Shown here piece after piece: positions 23,229 through 35,779 of a stretch of DNA of 64,000 nt. The notes under the pieces are model-generated. The model was not told where the DNA came from, searched no databases, and was given only the letters and a program-made list of their open reading frames with translations. The translations under genes and the position numbers were made by a program. This DNA comes from Dipteris shenzhenensis (Eukaryota): assembly GCA_047967505.1 (NCBI GenBank), contig CM106538.1. One strand, written 5' to 3'. Position 1 is the stretch's first letter. Each line of letters starts with the position of its first letter.

Positions 23229-25290
23229 CTCTGTATCAATTCCATTGGTGTGTACATAATTTGTATCCTCCTTTGATAAGAGAATGTCATAAGAGAAGTT
23301 GAAGGCTGAACCAATTACTACTATTGTACTTTGCAAGTTTAGCACCAAGGTGTTCTTCTTGATCTCTGCATACTCTTTCTCTAGAGTCTTTGGCATCTTT
23401 CCTCTTGCATCCTCTGTTGGAGTGCCATCTGCATCTAATGAACACACCCACTTTTTGGCCCACAACTTGCCAATCATTTGATCAAGACCAAGGACTTTTT
23501 TCTTATCCACATTAACAACTTTGCCATCCAACTGTTGATCCGAATTCAATAAAAACAATACTTTCAATAAGCAGCTTTGCTTTTGACCATTCTGATGTGA
23601 CTACTTCATCCAAGTGATTATGCTTGCTCTTCTTCCCAAAGAAGCAGTCACCATCAAGCAACTATTGGCATACATCCTTCGTTATTTTAATCTAGAACAT
23701 ACTGTAATGGTCTCCACTAAACAATAGATAGTTGCTTTATTGTTGCTTTTTTTTTACCTACCACATGCTCTAGTGCCTCATAGGATATCTTGTCTGCTTC
23801 ATATGCTTTACAGACATCCAAGATAATATGAAGTATTGACTCCTCACAAACCATTATGCAAGTAAAGGCCCTATATCTTGCAACTGCGGTCTTCAAGTCC
23901 TACACACCTGACTGTGTGTCATTCATTACACCATTCAAGCATCTATTAAAATGAGTCCACTTCATATTGTATTCAGTGGTAGGTCTCCTTCCCTTTATTG
24001 TTTATGGTGAGCTGCATCCAATCCATAACTCCCTTGCCTTTATTAGAATCTTGGAACAAGTTGAGTTTTTCCTTCTAGTCAATAGAGCCAGATTCAAGAA
24101 TATATTTTGAGTCATCATTAAATAAGCATATGTAATAGATGACCCATTGAAACTTTTGTAGATACTCAATGTGATTTAATTTTTCTTTTCATTCCTCCTC
24201 AAGGGTGATTCTACAAGCTTCGCAAAAATGTTGCCCATCAACAATGGGCTCAAGCCTGCATTGATCAACAAGGAACCAGTTCTTTGCGAGCATATATCTC
24301 TTCTCGATGTCATTCCCATATCTCGTCTTGTAGAGATTAGCTTCACTAGCAAAGTCACTATCTTTGAACTCTTCAAAGGCTTTGAGAAAATCTCCGTGCT
24401 TTTGAAATGTGACTTCCTTCAACTTAGGATCATCTTCTAGAAGTCTCACAAACTTCATTGGATGGAGTGACATTGCCAGCAAATGGCATTTTAGCATTCC
24501 TGGTCTCTTCATACAACTTGCATGCAAAATGCACATCCAGCTTCCATTAATTTGTGAACAAGGAAGCTCAATCAATGAGTAGTGTGATGACAAGGAATTC
24601 TACCAATCCCCAAATATAACCCTCGTCTTCAGGAGGATGTACATTTTCCATGCTTATAGAAAAATCAACAAATGCATCTTCTTCGTCCTCTGTATCCTCA
24701 TTGGCACTATCCAATTGCTCGCCTGGTGCTAAATAACTTGCACTCACTCAGTCTTCCTGTGGAGCTAGAGTTTTTTTTGCTCTCTTTCTTGGAATGTGGA
24801 AGTTAATCTTGCCCCGGGATGACTCACTCACTTTCTTGTAGTTTTAGTTAGAGATGGAGTATCGGTACTTAACGCCATGGTGGTTATGGGGGGTACAACC
24901 TCAGAATGAGATGCTATTGGTGGCACACTTACTGTAGGTACTATTGCTGGCACACTTACTGCAAGTACAACAACACTCTGCAAACCATCCCAATTTATCC
25001 TGAGTAATCTCAAGGCATCAATTAGTTCTACAGATCCTTGCATTGAATTTGGTACAAGCTTTAACATGTACTTCTTGTCCATTGCCCATAGCTTATATAG
25101 CATGTCTTCATTCTTACTTCTGCATGCAACTTCAACCGAACCATTGTCTTTAATATTTATCATTGAAACTACTCCACCATTTCTTATTACCTCTTCATGG
25201 TAATTGGAGCTTGACAATGCCTCGTTAGTGATCACCAAGAAACACTTTAAATCCCACTTCAAGGAATTTCCCAATCATCTTAGGAGACAT
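23229..25290 (-). pseudogene. N-terminal and central part of DGQH gene copy 2
   Basis: ATG at 25290 after TTAATTGCAG. FLVIT...RNGGVVS.INIK, IPRKRAKK, HPPEDEGYIWG, PIVDGQHFCEACR, KFQWVI, ILIKARELW, KGRRPT and DVCKAYE are all collinear with copy 1. Multiple stops and frameshifts. Confidence 0.75.
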
Positions 25291-25357
25291 GATTCTCTGC
25301 AATTAAACAAATAAAAATGTTTAATTAAAATTTCAACCCAAATAATATTAATTTTAA

Positions 25358-25805
25358 TTACATTATATCAGGAAAATTTGTGGTGCACTCTTTGAATTGA
25401 GAGTGTTGCCAGTAACTATAGAAGTTGTGAGTGATAAATACATTTAAGTGTTGCAAGTATTGAGGGATGATGATGGATGGAGGAGTTTCCTTGTATAAGA
25501 ATTTTATTCTTTTCTTTGCATCACCTTTTCCCGTATCCTCATACGTATTCCATCTTATCAATGCACCATTTGGATCATCCAACTCACATGGGCAAAACAA
25601 TGGTTGTGGGCACTTGTCACATTTGCGCAATAAGCATTCAAGCTTGTGCCATTCAGCATCCTCTTCCTTTGGACATACTACCAAACGTCACATTTTAGAC
25701 ACAAAAGAACAACTGCTGGTGTGGGCAACACACGTGTCCTCCCCTTAGGGCCTACAAACCTTGCATAAGCAATCACACATATCTCCATGCAATAATGTGC
25801 TATTC
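25358..25805 (-). mobile_element. Cys-rich pre-catalytic fragment of a DDE transposase, Sola2-like
   Basis: HGDMCDCLCKVC...CVAH...VVCPKEEDAEWHKLECLLRKCDKC...CPCE...IRWNTYE...FITHNFYSYWQHSQFK. From recollection, this pattern directly precedes the DF(A/S)ENY catalytic motif of Sola2-type transposases; that motif itself is absent here. Confidence 0.55.
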
Positions 25806-26118
25806 TGCCTCTCCTTGAGCCATTTAGTAACAATAGGAAGACATGCCTGCTATTTTTCTATTTGTTGCATGAGTTTCTGTTGATCATTTTCCTTCTGCTC
25901 TTTATACACCTGAAAATTTTTCTATAACTGTGCCAAGTCTTGTTTAATCTTCTGCATCTCAGTGCTTTCCTGGACCTTTTGCAACGATTTATGATTTTCT
26001 TCCTGTAGATCAAAAATGGCAGTAGCAGCTTGATGCTGGGCTGCCTACATCTGATTTCCAAAACTTTGTACAATTTCAACTACATGGTTGAATTGCTCAA
26101 ATGAAATAGCAAACACAG

Positions 26119-28391
26119 AACTACACCGGTCCCATGTGCAAACATTGCTGCACTCAATTCAGGCATGTCTGCATCCAACGTAAACATCCTGCCCTTCTTC
26201 TTTCCTTTTGCTATCAAGCGACCATTATTTTTCATATCCTCAACAAAGCATCCATGAGGATTAAATCTGACCTGCAAGCCCTGCTCAACCATCTGACCAA
26301 CAGAAACCAGGTTCTTGGTGATGTTCGGGACATGAAATACATCAGACAAGTATTTCTTTTTCCCATCCTGCATAGACAAAGGAATTTTGCCAATCTGCAC
26401 AATAGGATGTGCAGTATCATCACCAGTCTCCACAAATCCTGGTTTTTCCATTTTTCTTGCATCCTGCATCCATTCAACATGACCTGTCATGTGGTTTGAT
26501 GCACCCGAGTCAACATACCACACATCATTGCTTTCTTCTGCAATTGTTACAGAATTTGTCATATGCTGCACCATAAACAAATGCTCAATTCTGTCATCAC
26601 CCTGTCTACTAGAGGATGCATAATTGCCTTGCTGCAATTTTCCACTCATAATGTCATTCTGCTTTTTGTAGCAGTCTTTAGCCATATGACCCATTTTGCC
26701 ACAATAGTAGCATTCAACATTGCTGTTTGCATTTTGGCTTCTCTGCCATCCACCACGGCCTCTTTGGCTCCCCCTGCCTCTAGAGTTACCACGTCCTCCT
26801 GCATAGGACTGGTTTTCTTGCGTTTGCTGCATATTCTGATTTCTACCACGGCCTGCAGATCGGCCTCCTCTACCTCTGCCTCTACCTCTGCCAGCATTTG
26901 AGTAGAAGACAGTTTCTTTTGAAGTTCCTGCTGAAGAAGATGCACCCCCATTTCTCTGCTCTTCAGAAATTAGAAGAGCAATCAACTCCTCAAAATCAAT
27001 AAAGTTTTCACGGATGGCAATGGATGTCCGGAACTGTGCATAATCCTTTCCTAGACCATTCAAGGTCACAGAAACCAAATCATCATCATCCACTGGCGAC
27101 CCAATGGAAGCAAGTGCATCTGCAATTTTCTTCACTTTCATGTGGTAGTCATTTATGCTCAAATTTTCTCTCTGCACATTGTGCAACTCCTGTTTGAGTT
27201 GCATTTTCCTGGCTTGCGTATTTGTGCTATACATTTTTGCCAAAGTATCCCATGCCTCCTTTGGCGTATTTGCATCCTGAATATGCACAATCATGGAGTC
27301 CGAAATACTGATAGATAGCCAGTACATAACTTTCCTGGCTCTCTCACACCATCCTTTGAATGCCTGCATTTCCTGTTGACTGGGAACATTAGGAAGAACA
27401 GGTTCTTCTTCATTTCCTGTAATGAATTCCCAATAGCCTTTTCCCATCAAGAAATTCGTCATTCTAAACTTCCATGCCTGGAAGTTGTTCTTGTCAAGCT
27501 TTTCAGTGACAATTTGTGAAAGAGAATCAGATGCCATTACAGAACACTGCAAAATATTTTGTCACTGCAAAAAAACACAGCTTTTGCCTCACACGGGCAG
27601 ATCTGCAAAACCGACGAGAGTGGTATTTCACCACACAGTCACTTCCTAGTGACGATTTTGCATCAACAGGCAATAGGCATGAATCTGCAACTCCCAATAT
27701 CTCTGCACACAGGCATACGATGCAATTTCTGCGGCACCTTTCCACCGACTAGCCACGCAGTGGTCGCACAACAAAAAACAGGGCCTTTTTCTGAGTGCCT
27801 ACGAAGAACTTCCGCCTTCAAAACGGGCCCCGAAACGGCCTCGAATCAGAAAAATAAAGTCACACCGCGAAGGGCGTCTCAATCTGAAACAGTGCACTCC
27901 TGCACTTCTGGCTGTGCTACCTGCAGAGATTTGCTCCCAAACTCGAAATAGGAAAGCAACCATTGTCCTCTTACCAGGACACCACGAACTTGGCTTGCTT
28001 TCTTGAGCTCCTTACCATGAACAAGGCTCTGATACCATGTGAAGATTGTGGGAGAGAGGGAAGGAGTCTCACTTGCGGCTTTCTCACAATCACAAATGGG
28101 GGAATACACACAAAGGTGGAGGCTGAAAACAGTTTTCCTCTTCTTAGTTGTGTAAGCCAAAAGAACTCAAGTACAAAGAAATAGAAGAACCCTATATGTG
28201 GGTCTCAAAACCAAACTCAACTAACTAAGGTGGCATACTAACTGAGCCACGAACTAGTGTAGATAAGGATAGCTGTCATCCAGCTATTATTCGTGGGCGG
28301 TGTACCAACTGCATCTCCAGCTAACAAGTCGGTGACATAAGTACACAACGGTCACCCTGGCATATCTCGAGTGGAGCTCGATATCTCAACA
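26119..28391 (-). mobile_element. Ty1/copia family A copy 2, 5' half: LTR 28038-28391, PBS, and open gag-protease; truncated before integrase
   Basis: PBS at 28026-28037. ORF 26080-27552 has CYYCGKMGHMAKDC and WYVDSGASNHM. Homology to copy 3 ends at 26119. Confidence 0.95.
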
Positions 28392-31238
28392 GAAGAAGCA
28401 TGTTGAGCTTCAAGGCATGGATGCTAGGGTTTCCACTGATACTAGCAGTGATGAAGGCATTCTTTTGTCTATGTCTGACCCCTCCTTCCTGGCCACTAAT
28501 GTACCCATTCTCAATGATTGGATGTTAGATCCATGTGCTTCATGTCATATGACCCCTCATACATCATGGTTCAGTGCATATCAGGAATGCATTGTGGAGA
28601 GCAGTTTGATGGGCATTGATCATTTTATGGATGTCTATGGTTATGGGGATATCCACCTTGTTATGCCTAGTGGCTCTATTCTTGTTCTACAGAGGGTTAG
28701 GCATATACCAGGACTTGCTATGAGCAAGATCAATACTAGACAGCTGGTTGAGGCAGGTTATCATGTCTCTCTAGGTGATCATGCATGGAAGATTGCTAGA
28801 GGCAATTTGGTTATGGTGAGGGGATCATGGGTCGGATTCTCTTATGCATTGCATGTATCAGGTGTCCAAGATCAGATGCTTATGATAAGTAAGCAGCCAT
28901 CAGTTAGTTTATGGTATGCTAGACTTGGACATATGTCTGCTGCAGGTATGGAAGCCCTTACAACATTAAGATACATTCTTGTTATGGATGTCTTTCAAAT
29001 TTATGTCATGATTGTCATGATGGTCAATAGTCAAGATCCTCTTTTGTGAGGAAGACAGTCAGTGATAGGTATGTTGAGCCATTGCAGTTGTTTCATAGTG
29101 CAGTTTGTGGGCCTATGCCTACTGTTTCACTGGGTGGTGCCTCTTACTTTGTGACATTTATTGATGCTGCTACAAAGTACATATCGGTATATCCGATTCA
29201 TCAAAAGCATGATGTATATGATACATTTCAGTGCTTCTTGGGTAATGCTGAAAATCAGTCAGGAAAGAAGCTATTGAGCTTGATGATTGATGGTGATGCA
29301 CAGTTTACCTCTCCTAGATTTCAGCATCTATGTGATACACTTGGTATCAGGAGGGTGTTGACCACTCCTCATCTTTCTGCTCACGATGCCTTAACAGAAG
29401 GCATAAATCAGATTCTATTGGATAGGATTGGTAGCATGACGATATGCAGGTCTTACCGAATGCTATTGGGCTGAGGCATGTAATACAGCTGCATACTTGC
29501 TTAACAAGTCACCCAAGAGATCTCTGGATGGTAGAGTGCCATTTGAGGTCTTGACAGGTAGGGCAACATGTTATGTGTATTTACGTGTGTTTGGCTACGA
29601 GGCTTATGCTCATGGTTCCCGATCGAGGAGGTGTATCTTCCTTGGATAGAATGAGTCTAGCAGGGACTACAAGTTATGGGATTCTTCTGCTAGAGAGCTG
29701 ATATGCAGCCATCATGTCTATTTCAGAAAGGATGCTATGTTTAGATAGCCCAAGACTGTGGATAGCAGAAGAGTGGTGTTCCAGGACGGTGTAAGTGCAC
29801 TAATACCTCCGAATTCTTTGCAGGGGCAACCCATATCCCTTGGAGTGGAAGGTTTTTCTCACAGTGAACATGTTATACAATTGGGACAGCCACGGTTGCT
29901 TCCTGATTTTGGTTAGAGACGGTCAGATGTCTCGAGTATTCCACAGGTTTATATTCCTATGGAGATTATTGATGCATCTTCTATGGACAATTACAATTTG
30001 CTCCTAGGATGCGGAGTGCCTCTTGCATATGAGGATGAGGCTATGCATGGTGAGCAGGATACCTGAGCTAGTGATGCCCAGTATGATCCATTGGCTAGTT
30101 ATGCCAGGATAGATGTGGTTTCCGCAATTATTGACTCAGGTCATATTGCGCATGGGTAGGAATCATTGATATGTTTGCTTCGAAAGTGCCTCCATGGCCA
30201 GAAGCAATCCCCTCGAGCTCGCCTTCATAGGTTTGATACCGTTATGAGAGCTCAGGATGTGATGCGCAGTGAGACAGGTTATGGTCTCAGTATTCAAAAG
30301 GTTGCTATCCTTCTGAGGCTACTTGCCATATGGACCTTTATGGACACGGATGCTTTGCAATGGGAGCTACATGGTCTTGATGATGCTTGTCTTCAAATAC
30401 TTGGTTGTTTCAATATGGAGAAGGGGAAGTTACTAAGTACTCCATTGTCTGTATTGGCTCCATACTTGAAACACAGCAAGTTTGACAATCACAGATCAGT
30501 TGAGCAGTAGGTTATCGTTGATATGGCAGCCATAGTACTTCATGCATCCATGACTGGGTTGAGACGGTTCTCACATGTTTGCCATTGGGGCTACACTTCC
30601 AGTTCTTGCTTCCATTGCAGTGGGAGTTGGTAGCATGATTATGGCAGATTTTGGCAGTAGGGAAGCGGTTGTGGACATTAGGTCCTTATGCTTCCAGGAG
30701 CAGCATGCAGGTGATGCAAGTTTGGTAGACTAGCAAAGGTCTACTATAGGGCATGTGCTTATGGTCACAAGTGGTACAGAGACATCTTTGCACAGTGACA
30801 GTTTGGGTGCTATGGACTTAGAAGTTAGCATAGGAGCACATGGTGGTGAGAGTTCACTCTCCCAGTGAGATCTTGCATGAGATCTTGGTTGACAGGCATC
30901 TACAGCTTGTCATTTTCTATCCTGCAAGCCTGATGTCTACTAGTAGCTTATCCTCTATGCACTTTTCACATTGTAGAGTGCCGATGGGCATAGGATGATG
31001 GTCTTGTCATCTTGTTTTTCAACCTATGGCTGATTGTATTGTACGTGTACTATACTTGCTTAAAAGGCATGCTGCCTTTAAGTGGGAGGTTGTTGGGGTA
31101 AAGGGCAATGTGCCCACCCACTTGTACAGGGCCCGAATATACTCATATATATATGATAGAGGAATAAGCTGGAGTAGCTTTTGCTCCACCATATACGGTG
31201 TCTCTTATCCCTTCCTAAGTGCTCCCTCTTCTCCCACA
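28392..31238 (+). mobile_element. Highly decayed, internally deleted family C-like copia: protease, integrase, RT traces and 3' LTR (31091 to about 31238)
   Basis: WMLDPCASCHMTPH, LWYARLGHMS, HSAVCGPM...YFVTFIDA and FNMEKGK. PPT AAGTGGGAGGT followed by TGTTGGGGTAAAGG, as in 23080. Confidence 0.85.
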
Positions 31239-31239
31239 C

Positions 31240-31580
31240 CCCCCCTCCTCCTCCCTCTATCCACACGCCTCCTCCTCCTCCCTCCTCCCACATGCATCCT
31301 CCTCCTCCTCCCCCTGAGGCTTTTTCCTACTCCTCCTCCTCCCATATGCCCATCCATGCTCCTCTTCCCTCATGCTCATGCATGGTTCTCCTTTTTCTTC
31401 TCCTTCCTACTGCATATGCATGCTCCTCTTGCCTCATGCTCATGCCTGCTCCTGTTGCTTCTCCTCCCCCTTGCTCATGCCTATTCGTCTGCCCTCATTG
31501 CTCATGCCTAGTCCTCCCCTTGCTTCCCCTACCTCGTAATCATGCATGGTCCTTCTCATCCCTCCTCATCCATGACACAC
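31240..31580. repeat. CT-rich low-complexity tract with CATGCT repeats
   Basis: Directly visible composition. Confidence 0.85.
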
Positions 31581-32779
31581 CTTCCCCTATCACACTCTCT
31601 GTAAACTTTGCGACTATTGATGGCACCATTTGAAGAGATCTCCAATGTTACCATGTGAACGTATAGTTGCAGGATCAATATGTGATCTATGGTCTTTGTT
31701 TTCAAGAAAAGAAGCATCTTGAACCACTAGAGGTGCTCTAAATCTAAGAGGAGAATATGAGCTAAAACATTAATTACCTAGTGTTTCAATGAAATTTCTT
31801 ACTTTGGATTATCCACAATGGTGCATTGTTTTTCCAAGGTTCCCTTTGCTCTTCTTTCAGGAACTTCATGGAGGATGAGATGAGAATAGTGAGCATGGAT
31901 GATTTTAATTCTTCACACTGAAAGACACAAAGTCATGCATAAGAAAGTTGTGGGAGAGGTGATGCAAGATTTGAAGGGAATGGTGATGCAAAGGAGACGT
32001 CTAGAGCTGATGATGTAGCTGATGTAGTCAACACCTTTCTCTCTATGAAGCAACTTTGAAATTGATTCAAGAAGAATAATTCACATGATGCATTATATTT
32101 ATTTAAATTTAAATTTCTAAAATGATGTTTCTTCATGTGTGCAGCAGCATATTCTCTATGTGCATGGACCATCGTTGTAAGGAATCTATCCATTTGGGAA
32201 CAAGAAGGAATGGGGCATCTATTCATTCGGAACATGAAGGAATGGAGAATTCACACTATTGACCCAAGGCAACCAATTTGTTCTACATGAGATTATAAAA
32301 AATTATGAGTTGAATGTGAGTTTGATATAGCATAGCAGTGTTTCTAAGGACTTGGTCGAGGATTCAAAGACCCTATTATTGATGTATTAGAGTTGAAGAA
32401 GAGGAGAAACACGCTATGAAGCCTCTTTGTAATACAATTTAAAATACAAACACCTATTTCTAATAATGTTCTTCTATCTAAAGCTAAAAGTTTTCATGTA
32501 TCTATGGCCAAATGGTGAATCTTTTGTTATGGCCATATTAATTATTTGTTGTTTTTAATATTGCATCTTTTCTTATATCATCTTGCACACAAAAGTTATA
32601 TCACATTTTGATGGAATTACAAGTCAATAAAATGTTGTTTGCCAAGTTTAGCCATTCCAATAATCATTTTTGACATATGTAGAAGGGATTTGACCATGGC
32701 ACCAAATTGATCAGATTGAGTGTTGAAAAACCAAATTTTGAGCTTTCCCTACATGATGTTGTAAACTATTTATGCATTT

Positions 32780-33182
32780 CATGTTTTCTATGAAGAAATA
32801 TGGATGTAAAGGGGTAGATGAAGGAATTTGACAGGGCATAGAAGAAATTTCAAATGACCACTTCAATGTTGGCCATTCCAATGACCATCTCTAGCAAATC
32901 TAGAAGGAATTTGACTATGGCACAGAATGTAAAATTGGTCAAGACATCATGGGGTGTCCAAAAATGCCAAAACCCACCATTTGGACACCCTCCAAATGGC
33001 TAAATTTTCACCGTGGTGGGGTTTGGCATTTTTGGACACCCCATGACGTCCCACCAACTTTGTCTTCTGAGCTAAAGTCAAAATCCTTGTAGATTTGCAA
33101 AAAATGGACATTGGAATGGCCAAACTTGTCAAATTCCTTCATCTACCTATTTAAAATCCATCTTTCTTCATAGAAAGTCATG
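32780..33182. repeat. Imperfect fold-back palindrome of about 400 bp, copy 1
   Basis: Outer arms TTTCTATGAAGAAA...GGTAGATGAAGGAATTTGACA and TGTCAAATTCCTTCATCTACC...TTTCTTCATAGAAA. Inner arms CATGGGGTGTCCAAAAATGCCAAA and TTTGGCATTTTTGGACACCCCATG. Confidence 0.85.
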
Positions 33183-35164
33183 GGGTAGATCAACTTCAAT
33201 GTAGATAAATATAGAAAATAAATATTTATGGCAGACAATCTAGGGAAGTTTGAGTTTTTTGAGCTCTCCTTGAGCCACTTGCCACAATCTTGGGCATTGA
33301 TTTCAAGGAAATCTAACGGTGTGAAAAGCATGGTTAAGCTTCTTATTAGAATGATGGGAGAAAAGCATAGAAGTGCTTTTGTCATAAATCTATATAATTC
33401 GTAATAAGCACATGATTGTCAACATTGTCTGTGTCTTCAAGCAACAGTGGAGAGGTCCAATTGCTTGCAATATTTTCAAGCTAAGATTCTCTCCCAGTCA
33501 ATGTGTGTTCGGTATTTTTTGTTTATAGATTTGAGGTTGCAAGACAATTGAATGATTAGATCTCTATGGGAATGATGCTAATCTATCTATCACTCTGCAC
33601 ATCATGTTACTTACAGTGGAGACATTGCGGTGAGGTTGTTGGAAGTTGGCCAGCCTCTAGGATTTGGTGTTACGCAGCTACAAGTAGCCAACATGGATTT
33701 GTGTTTAAGTAGGTGCTAGCACATAAGCATAGCAAGGGCTTTGAAGAGATGAATCCCAGTGTGGTATAGCCTTGGCATGTGAAGCTTTGGAGAGCCTCGT
33801 GATGCCCTTATGCTCTAGTCTCACAACCCTAAAAGCTCGACTTACTACAGTGTTCAAATTCCCATTTTCTCGAGGTTGGAGAGGCACGTAACATTGGCTA
33901 ACTAGAGAGTGAGAATGTTACATGCTCTACTTTAGACTTCCTCTAATGATACTTGTCTTTTTGTGCTGTCTAGAGTCTATGAATGATCTGAGAATGTTGG
34001 AATCATCCCATGCAAGGATACATGTAGATCCTCTTAGGCTCACATTGGCAAGTTTTCAAGATATTGTCTCTCAGAGTTCTCGACTACGATTATGAATATT
34101 GACATTCAAGTAATATGCCAATTTCTTATCCATTTGTGAGACTTATCCTCAACGCTAATATTCTTGATGTTTATATTCTCGGCTTTATCTTGACACCCTG
34201 GGAAGGGCTCGTTCCCTCGGATTATAACTCTTTGGGGAAGGAACCCACACTATGTGTGGTTATAATAATTATATATTATATATTATAATATAAATATTTT
34301 CAATTACTCGTCCATTCAAAATTTCTTGTTTTCAATCTAAATTCTTACAACATTCCTCTTATTTAATGCATGTTATCGATGTGAGGAAGCAAGGAAGTCC
34401 GAGATGGATGCAAGATCCAAGGATGACTACACCTTTATTCATATGGTTGTAGTCCATGTGACAATATTGTATAAAGTGCAATGAGACTCAGTTATTTTAT
34501 CGCCTTATTCGTGTATTTGTTGGACTTCAGCTTCCAAAATATGGACATCACAAAATCAATAATAAATCACCGCCCTTGACATTTGCAGGGAGGATCATTA
34601 GAGGAAGTCCGAAGTAGAGCACGTAACATTCACTTTTTTCCTTAAAAATTTGATAAAATAGTAGGATTCAGCTTCAATTTTGAGGTAGTAGCTACGTGCT
34701 CCACCATGGAAAGGCTGCCTGCCGATTGGTCAATATGACAACTTCTGTGCCTTATAGAGCAGCTCTACTAAGACCCTTAGGCAATATATTTTCTATATAA
34801 TTTCTTACTCTTGGAGGAACCTTTTAGGTTGGCTATGTCAATGTACTTTTTTATTTAATCCAAAAGACTTTGATCTTCCACTACATCACCTTGTCAATCT
34901 TCATTGTCTTTGTTTATCTTGCCTTTGGAGCCATCTTTTAGGTTGGCTATGTTAATGTAATTTTTTATTTAATATCACTAAATCACCTTGCAATAATTTG
35001 ATGCATTTCATGTTTTACATGAGAAAATATATATTTTGAAGAGAAATCCAACAAATTTGGTTTTCTAGTACATCACCATCTAAAAATGTCATTTTCTATG
35101 TTTTCTTGGTCATGAAGGTTAGCTATGTCCATGTATCTTTTATTTTCATTTTTAGGTTGGCTAT

Positions 35165-35530
35165 ATCACCTTGTAAATGATTGATGCATTTCATGATTTT
35201 CTATGAAGAAATATAGATTTTGTAGGGGTAGATGAGTGAATTTGACAACTTCGGCAATTTCAATGCCCATTTTTTGCAAATGTAGAAGCAATTTGACCAC
35301 ATCGTAGAAGGTAAAGTTGGTCAGGACATCATGGGGTGTCCAAAAATGCCAAAACCTACCACGGCACAAATTTGGGCATTTGGACACCCTCCAAATGGCC
35401 AAATTTATGCCATGGTAGGTTTTGGCATTTTTGGACACCGCATGACATCCTAATGAACTTTGCCTTCTGCACCACTGTCAAATTCCTTCTAGATTTGCCA
35501 AAAATGGTCATCAAAATGACCAAACTTGGT
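35165..35530. repeat. Fold-back palindrome, copy 2 (arms about 35245-35530, centre about 35388)
   Basis: Same family as 32780-33182: GGTGTCCAAAAATGCCAAAACCTACCA and TGGTAGGTTTTGGCATTTTTGGACACC. Confidence 0.85.
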
Positions 35531-35779
35531 CCATAGTATTTTTTGACTTGGAATATTCATAATATTTTCCTAAATTGAATTTACAAAAACATCTATATAA
35601 TTAATAGAATTTAATTGCATGGAATATGAAGAGAATAGTAAAATAGCTATAACTTTTGCACTATAACTCCAATTGCAAAACTTTCTAGTTCAAAATCGAG
35701 AGCATGAGTAACTCTATGATATTTGGCTAGAAAAATAGGTTTATAACACTATTTTTTTCCCAAATGCTAAAATTCAATG

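Noticed and set aside
8339-25290. Bacterial or phage contamination explaining the ParB/MTase-like gene
   Set aside because: The gene is interrupted by a plant copia with a perfect TSD, and it shows an NLS, splice-like sites and decay like the neighbouring TEs.
33380-34195. Solo LTR with TGTCA...TGACA ends
   Set aside because: Flanks GCTTT and CCCTG are not a TSD, and there is no PBS, PPT or second copy.
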